Positions 58,309-64,000 of a DNA stretch of 64,000 nucleotides are shown piece by piece. The position numbers were made by a program, and so were the translations under genes. The stretch lies in assembly GCA_964016885.1 (NCBI GenBank), contig OZ024741.1:37944001-38008000 (forward strand), read 5' to 3'. Positions within the stretch are counted from its first letter, which is position 1. Each line of letters begins with the position of its first letter. A model generated the notes under the pieces. It made no database searches. It saw nothing but the letters and a program-made list of their open reading frames with translations, and was not told the DNA's origin. This stretch comes from Eledone cirrhosa. Taxonomy: Eukaryota.

Positions 58309-61300
58309 TCATCCCTTGAATCGCAAGAATGTTTTGCAAATTTTGAAGGTGCCAGCTATAGCAGCCATTTGTAGACTATGAATTAGTGAGCTGCGCTTTT
58401 TGTCCGCAAATCCAAGTTCAGTCATACTTTGGTCCAAGCGGGTTGGTATATAACCCGTAGCTCCAATAATGATGGGTATGAAGCTAAAGGTGCATCTTGG
58501 ATACTGGATTTGTAAACTCCTCAACAATGGTCCGTAGATGTCCTCCTTCTCCTGTATTTTTCTGACAACGTTTATATCAAGTGGGCAGCTGATCTCCACA
58601 ACAGAACACGTTTTCAATGTGTGGTCCCAAACAACAATATCAGGCCGGTTGTGCTTTAATTTGGTGGCAGTTTTTATTTTCAGGTTCCACCAGTATTCCT
58701 TAGTGCCATCTGTCTCAATATATTCTTCCTCGTTTGTTGTTAATTTTGTTTTCCGAAGTGCATTCCAGATGGTTCTAGCTATCCCATCGTGTCTCATGGG
58801 GAGGTAGTAGCGAGATGACATTCTTTCGCAGCTGGCAACAATGTGGCTTACATCCTCGATCTTTGTTTTACATAGCCTACATTTATTGTCAGCTGCTGGC
58901 CCTCCTCTTTTATGCAGCAGATATTTGGTAGGGAGTTCTTGTTCCTGTATTACATAGAGATATCCCTCAAGGTGTGATGTCATAAACTTGTCGGAACTCC
59001 ATGCCAGGCTTTTTGAGTGGTTTATCCCCTCTATGGTCTGTGTTTTACGCCTCAAGTATCCATGCACAACTTTTTCTGTAAATTGGTCAATTTTTTAATC
59101 TTGTTTGAACATTGAATAGGATCTTCCGATTTCTCTGGGTGAGAGATTTATATCAGACTTTATTCCATATCTCTCCTCCAGATCAGTCACTATTCTAATG
59201 ATATTTCTTTTTTCATGCTCATAAACCTGGGCAAGATGGTTGCCAACCTTTTTCCTCTGTTGAAGGTGTTGCTTCAGTGTTACTATCCGGGTCTCATATG
59301 TTGTTAATATTGATTTTAGACCCCGACCACCTTCCTTGCGTGAGAAGTATAGCCTATCCACATCACCATTGATGTTAAAGTTCCCAGTAACATTGAGAAG
59401 TTTTCGAGTTCTAACATCCATCTCACTTAGTTCTTGCAATGACCAGTTCAGCAGGCCAAATGTTGGCGTTAGAATTGGCACAGCATAAGTATTGTGGGCA
59501 ATGTATTTGTTGTATGCTGACAGTTCTGATGACCATATTTTCTTTACTCTTCTGAGGTATTCAGTTCTGGTTCTCTCCTTATTTATGGGTCCATCATATC
59601 TGACATTCTCATCCTGTCCAAGATATCTGTAGTTGTCACCTGACTGCAGAGGTTGTATTGTCAGGCCGTTCATCTCTAGATTTCTAGAGGAGGGCACAGC
59701 TCTTCCACGTTTTACTGCCAAATATGCACACTTGGACTCACCAAATTTCATTTTGATGTCGGTTGAAAATTGTGTAATGAGATCCAATTGTTTCTTGATG
59801 TCATTGATATTTGGCCCATACAACTTCAGGTCATCAACAAAGAAAAGATGGGAGATACTTCTGGGTTCACTTCTTTGTCCACCTTGTTTCCTGAGTAGGT
59901 AAGATAGTGGATTCAGTGAGAGAACGAAGAGTAGCACTGACAAGCTATCACCCTGAAAGATGCCCTTCTGGTAATGTATCTTATCAGTCTTAACCTGCTT
60001 CTTCTCACCTCTAAGGATCAAATTGGTGTACCAGTTCTTGGTCAGGCGTTCAACAGCAGCTACCAATGGTTGTGGGACTTTAGCTAACTGTAAAGCCTTA
60101 ATAATCCACCCATGAGGTACACTATCAAATGCTTTTTGATAGTCCAGCCACACGACAGTCATGTTTCTGCGATTCTTTGTTGTTTTTTCCTGAATCATTT
60201 TGTTAGTTAGTAGGTGATCTATGCAACCCCACACCTCCCTCTTTCCACCAGCTTGCTCAGGTGTTATGATGTTGTTGGTAGCACAGTGATCCTGTAAGAA
60301 CAGGTGAAGGCACCCAGTATATAATTTATACATGATGTTTTGGCAGGCAATTGTGCGGTAATTTTTAGCAAGGGTGGTTTGGCTATTTTGGGGAATGAGG
60401 AGAGTAGTGGCAGTTGATAACCATCTGGGCAGTTCTTGTGTGCCTTTAATGGTTTCTGTAAACAGCCGTATGAGATTTTGCCGATAGAAAGTGAAATTCT
60501 TCAACCAGTATCCTGTAATGAGGTCTGGGCCTGGCGATTTCCTATTCGACATTTTCTGTAGAGCTGTTTCCAGTATTGACCCATCTATGTCATATTGTTT
60601 TGTCTGGACATGTTGGCAGTATTCCTGTTCCAGTTCTTTTAGCCAATTAGCTTGTCTGTTGAATCCGTCATCCGTTTCCCATACAGATCTCCAGTAGCTC
60701 TCAACCTGTTCTTTTGAAGGGGTGTCGTTTACAGGGATTGAGCTCTTGCCACCGAAGCTGCGATAAACTGATTTAGGATCTCTGGCAAACAATCTATTTA
60801 GCACTTGTCGTTTATGTGCTGTTGACTTATATTTTAGTCTTTCTGTTGTAGCTGTGAGTTGTTGTTTCAACTGGTGTAATTTGGAGTTCAAAGTTTTAAA
60901 TTTTGTATCTCCAAATCGTCTCTCTGACTTTTTCTTTAGGTCTTCCTGGTGTCGTGTGAAGTTGCTCTCTATGTTGCATTTCATAACGACTGCGATGTGT
61001 GAGATACTTCGTCTCAGGGACAAAATTTTGGTTTTTAAATTTCGCATCCACGCTGGTTCAGGCTTTCTGTTTGTATCTTGATTGCGTGGTTTTAGATGTG
61101 TGTTATATGATAGCAATGTGACAGCTGAAACATATAACAAAACATTAAGCGTTTCAAATGTCGTTTCTACACCTTTAGATCGTATAGCCTTCAGATAATT
61201 GCCAGCTATTTCGTTCACCGCTTCCAATTCCAATTTAGTGGGTTCTTTACTGATTCTAGTGTTGTATGGTCTGTCACTCACATTAAGGCTGTGTATCGCT

Positions 61301-61760
61301 TGAAACATATCGTTCCATATCACTTGTAGGGTGTCCACAAGTTTTTGGTGCTCTGTTTGTTCAGTAGAGTCATGAATTTCAGCCTCGTTGTTGATGTGGT
61401 GACAATTACTACTAGAGTTAGCTGACCTTTCTCGCTGTTCTTCAGTGGAAGTGGGATGGATTTCAGCAAAATTGTTGGTGAGCTGTTCACTGTTAGATTT
61501 AGCTGGCCATTCTCTTTGTCTGTCAGTGGAGGTGGGGTGGTTGTCTACAAGGGCTATATTTGTAGTATCACTCAATTTCGTTAGATGTATCAATTTACAT
61601 ATAATGATACGTTTTGCCTGTTCATTTAAATGCTTTGTAGAAAAGTCTAATTCTGGGTGTTTGGAGTTCCATAAAGTTTTTAGCCTTTGCATAAAACCGA
61701 ACTTTTGGGGTTCAGATTGTTTGTATGCTTCATATAATATTTGTTAAGCTCGTAGCTCCA
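58309..61760 (-). pseudogene. R4/Dong-like ORF (RT, CCHC, RLE) with one in-frame TAA (59097-59095) and a frameshift near 61740
   Basis: 59095..61692 and 58309..59067 share a frame (MFKQD*KIDQF). Motifs: KSPGPD, WLDYQKAFD, GIFQGDSLS, HLFFVDDLK, CRLCKTKIEDVSHIVASC, RHD, RPDIVVWD..VVEISCP. Upstream WSYELNK/LYEAYKQSEPQKFGFMQRL matches the N-terminus of the 17 kb element (WTKELNRTVMQCYLKSNPKERGYRRRM). Confidence 0.9.
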
Positions 61761-62465
61761 CTGTATACAACGGTTGTAGTTGCGATTTGGTCGAAGGAGA
61801 CTTGTACTTTTTGTCATGATGAGTTTGTAGTGACCTACATTCCGAAGGGCTCACATACATTCTCTGTGCGTGATTTGGCTCAGCTCAGCTAATCAGCGCC
61901 AGGGGAAGAGAATATATCCCTACGCGTTCTGAGGGAGAAATAGCCCGCGAAGATTTGAGAAATCTCACTCTTGCAGCTTGCTGACGCCAAGGTAAAGACC
62001 ACTTATTCTTTTGCCCCGCAAGCACAAACAATATGTAACAACAAAACATTACTACGGGCCTGGCCAAACGCCTCAGCCAGTCGACCGTATTTTCTCTTGT
62101 AATCTTAATTGATTTGTTTTATTTCTCTTGGCAGGCCAGCTCAACCTTTGTTAATAAATAATGTAAAAACAAGCTAAAGTCGTTGTCGATATTCCTATCA
62201 TATCTTTCTACCAAACCTGGTTCCTCGTGGCAACATTACAACTCTCTAAATATAACTCTCTGCTAAAAGTTCGTCTATTCACTAATATTTCGTATTTATT
62301 TTTCAAAATAGTCGATGATCTTCTTTAAAATTTTCGACAAAGTTCTGTCAGAATCAAATTTAAAGTTATTCACAGCTTGGGTAATATTTATTTTCAGTTA
62401 GTTTTTAATTCTACAACTGTGTTTTAAACGTTGTTCTTGAATCGTTTGAATCGAGAACAAAAAGA

Positions 62466-62742
62466 ACCGTTACTTAGTATATTTCTTTATGAATGTAATA
62501 TAATATAACAACGCTGTATTTATATGTTAAAGTTTATGTATCATTCATATAAATAGGTGTTCTACAACTTATTCACAACATATTCACAGTTCAAACACTT
62601 ATGTTTTTGTTTCTGAATCGAAAACGTTACTTGTATATTTCTTTATAAATGTAATATAACAACGTTGCATTTATATGTTAAAGTGTATGTATCGTTCATA
62701 TAAATAGGTGTTTTACAACACACATACAGTTCAAACACTTAT
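62466..62742. repeat. Imperfect tandem duplication (~155-bp period) in the 5' region of the second R4-like element
   Basis: cgttact..gtatatttctttat..aatgtaatataa..caacg..tttatatgttaaag..catataaataggtgtt.tacaac occurs twice. Confidence 0.75.
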
Positions 62743-62948
62743 GTAGAATTATTGTATGTAATCTTACCGCGTAATGTAGCTCAACTTTTTCCAATATATG
62801 GTATGTTGCCTTCATGTAAGCCGTAATTACACACGTCCAATTATCGGACACTGTCCGCAACGGTCGCCATTTATGTATGTATGTATGTATGTATGTATGT
62901 ATGTATGTATGTATGTATGTATGTATGTATGTATGTATGTATGTATGT

Positions 62949-63725
62949 AGGTTTCTTGGTGCGGAAGGTGACTTTGGACATCCTGCAGGACTAAAAACAA
63001 AACCTGTCAAAGGGCAAAGGAGCTCTTAAGAGTCAATGGCCATCCAAAATGACCGGGAGAGATGACCCCTTAGCCTTTGTCAAGGCAGAATTCTAGAAGG
63101 AAAACTCTGATATAACACCTGCAACCCTGATGGCATCCAATGATGTTGACTTGTTCTTCTTTTTGGTAAATATCATCTTGGTTAAGAGAGTGGGACTGGC
63201 TTTGTGCAGTGACTTTGCTCACTATAAAAGCTTCACGGCACAGGCATTGCTTTATATCTGGAGATCTATCTGCACTTGTCACATGGTACCATGGGCCCAG
63301 CACTATGTGTTAATAATTGTCACAAGTGTAGTGTTTGTACCAGAGTTTTCAAGTCGCTGGCTGGACTAAAAATCACACTCGTTCAGCACATCGGTAGGGG
63401 TTCTCCTACATGGATATAAAGTAGTGGCCGTACTCGAAAACGAGTTGGCAGCCACCATGTATGTATGCATATATGTATGTATGTCTATTTGCATGCATAT
63501 ATGTGTGTATCCTTCAAAGCACAGGCATTGCTTGTTCAGGATATGTTACAGGTTCTTGTGGCTAGCCGTAGCCTAAAAGTGCACCAAACTCTATAATCTG
63601 ACAAGCGATTGCAGTACTCTTAGCAGAGTTTTCAGCCATCATGTATGTATGTATGTATGTATGTATGTATGTATGTATGTATGTATGTATGTATGTATGT
63701 ATGTATGTATGTATGTATGTATGTA
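62949..63725 (+). mobile_element. Two RTE-type non-autonomous elements in tandem (62949-63458; ~63500-63641) with (TATG)n tails
   Basis: Match to 18818-19182. Ends are gagttggcagccaccat(gtat) and ttttcagccatcat(gtat)n. Confidence 0.7.
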
Positions 63726-64000
63726 CGTTTACATGTATGTGTATGAATGTATAGTAGGTTGAAATGACTATTGTGTTCTAGTTTTATCTTACTAAATAAG
63801 GATTTTTCCTATTCCTATATACGTCATTTACAGTTTACTTGAACCACCCACGCCACCATTTCATGCACACTGGAATTTCTTTAAATATTTATTCATTCCA
63901 CAATCTAATATCGGTACACCGTATCTCTTCCTTCTACCTATTTCAGCTAGATGCGATGCAAGTTCAATGAGTTCTATGCAACAAATTGACTACACACAGC

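Larger units (their letters stand above)
58228..62871 (-). mobile_element. Second near full-length R4/Dong-like RLE non-LTR retrotransposon, flanked on both sides by (TATG)n = (TACA)n
   Basis: RT-RLE ORF, ~80-bp 3' UTR and ~1 kb 5' region. (TATG)n arrays at 58153-58227 and 62872-62948. Confidence 0.88.

Overview
Eukaryotic, AT-rich DNA saturated with microsatellites ((TA)n, (CA)n, (TATG)n, (TAA)n, (CT)n) and retroelements. The SINE and LINE repertoire looks like an octopod cephalopod genome (inference from recalled repeat sequences, not verified). I could not identify a host protein-coding gene; nearly all short ORFs in the track are microsatellite translations. Real coding content is retroelement-derived. 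There are two near full-length R4/Dong-type non-LTR elements with a restriction-like endonuclease (13.8-18.7 kb inside (TAA)n; 58.2-62.9 kb inside (TACA)n). There are at least four Penelope-like elements (PLEs; RT and/or GIY-YIG, three of Naiad type), plus RTE, CRE-like and CR1/L2-like fragments, tRNA-derived SINEs and RTE-derived non-autonomous elements. The most striking signal is about 30 type-I hammerhead ribozyme (HHR) motifs from many unrelated PLE pseudo-LTR families, read by eye, including recurrent core variants (U3:A8 swap; U4C). Many of these sit in asymmetric fold-back (inverted-repeat) insertions within (TA)n. The fold-backs range from ORF-containing elements down to ~200-bp hairpins whose pivot is the ribozyme's own stem II. 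Coordinates and pairings were determined manually and need computational confirmation.
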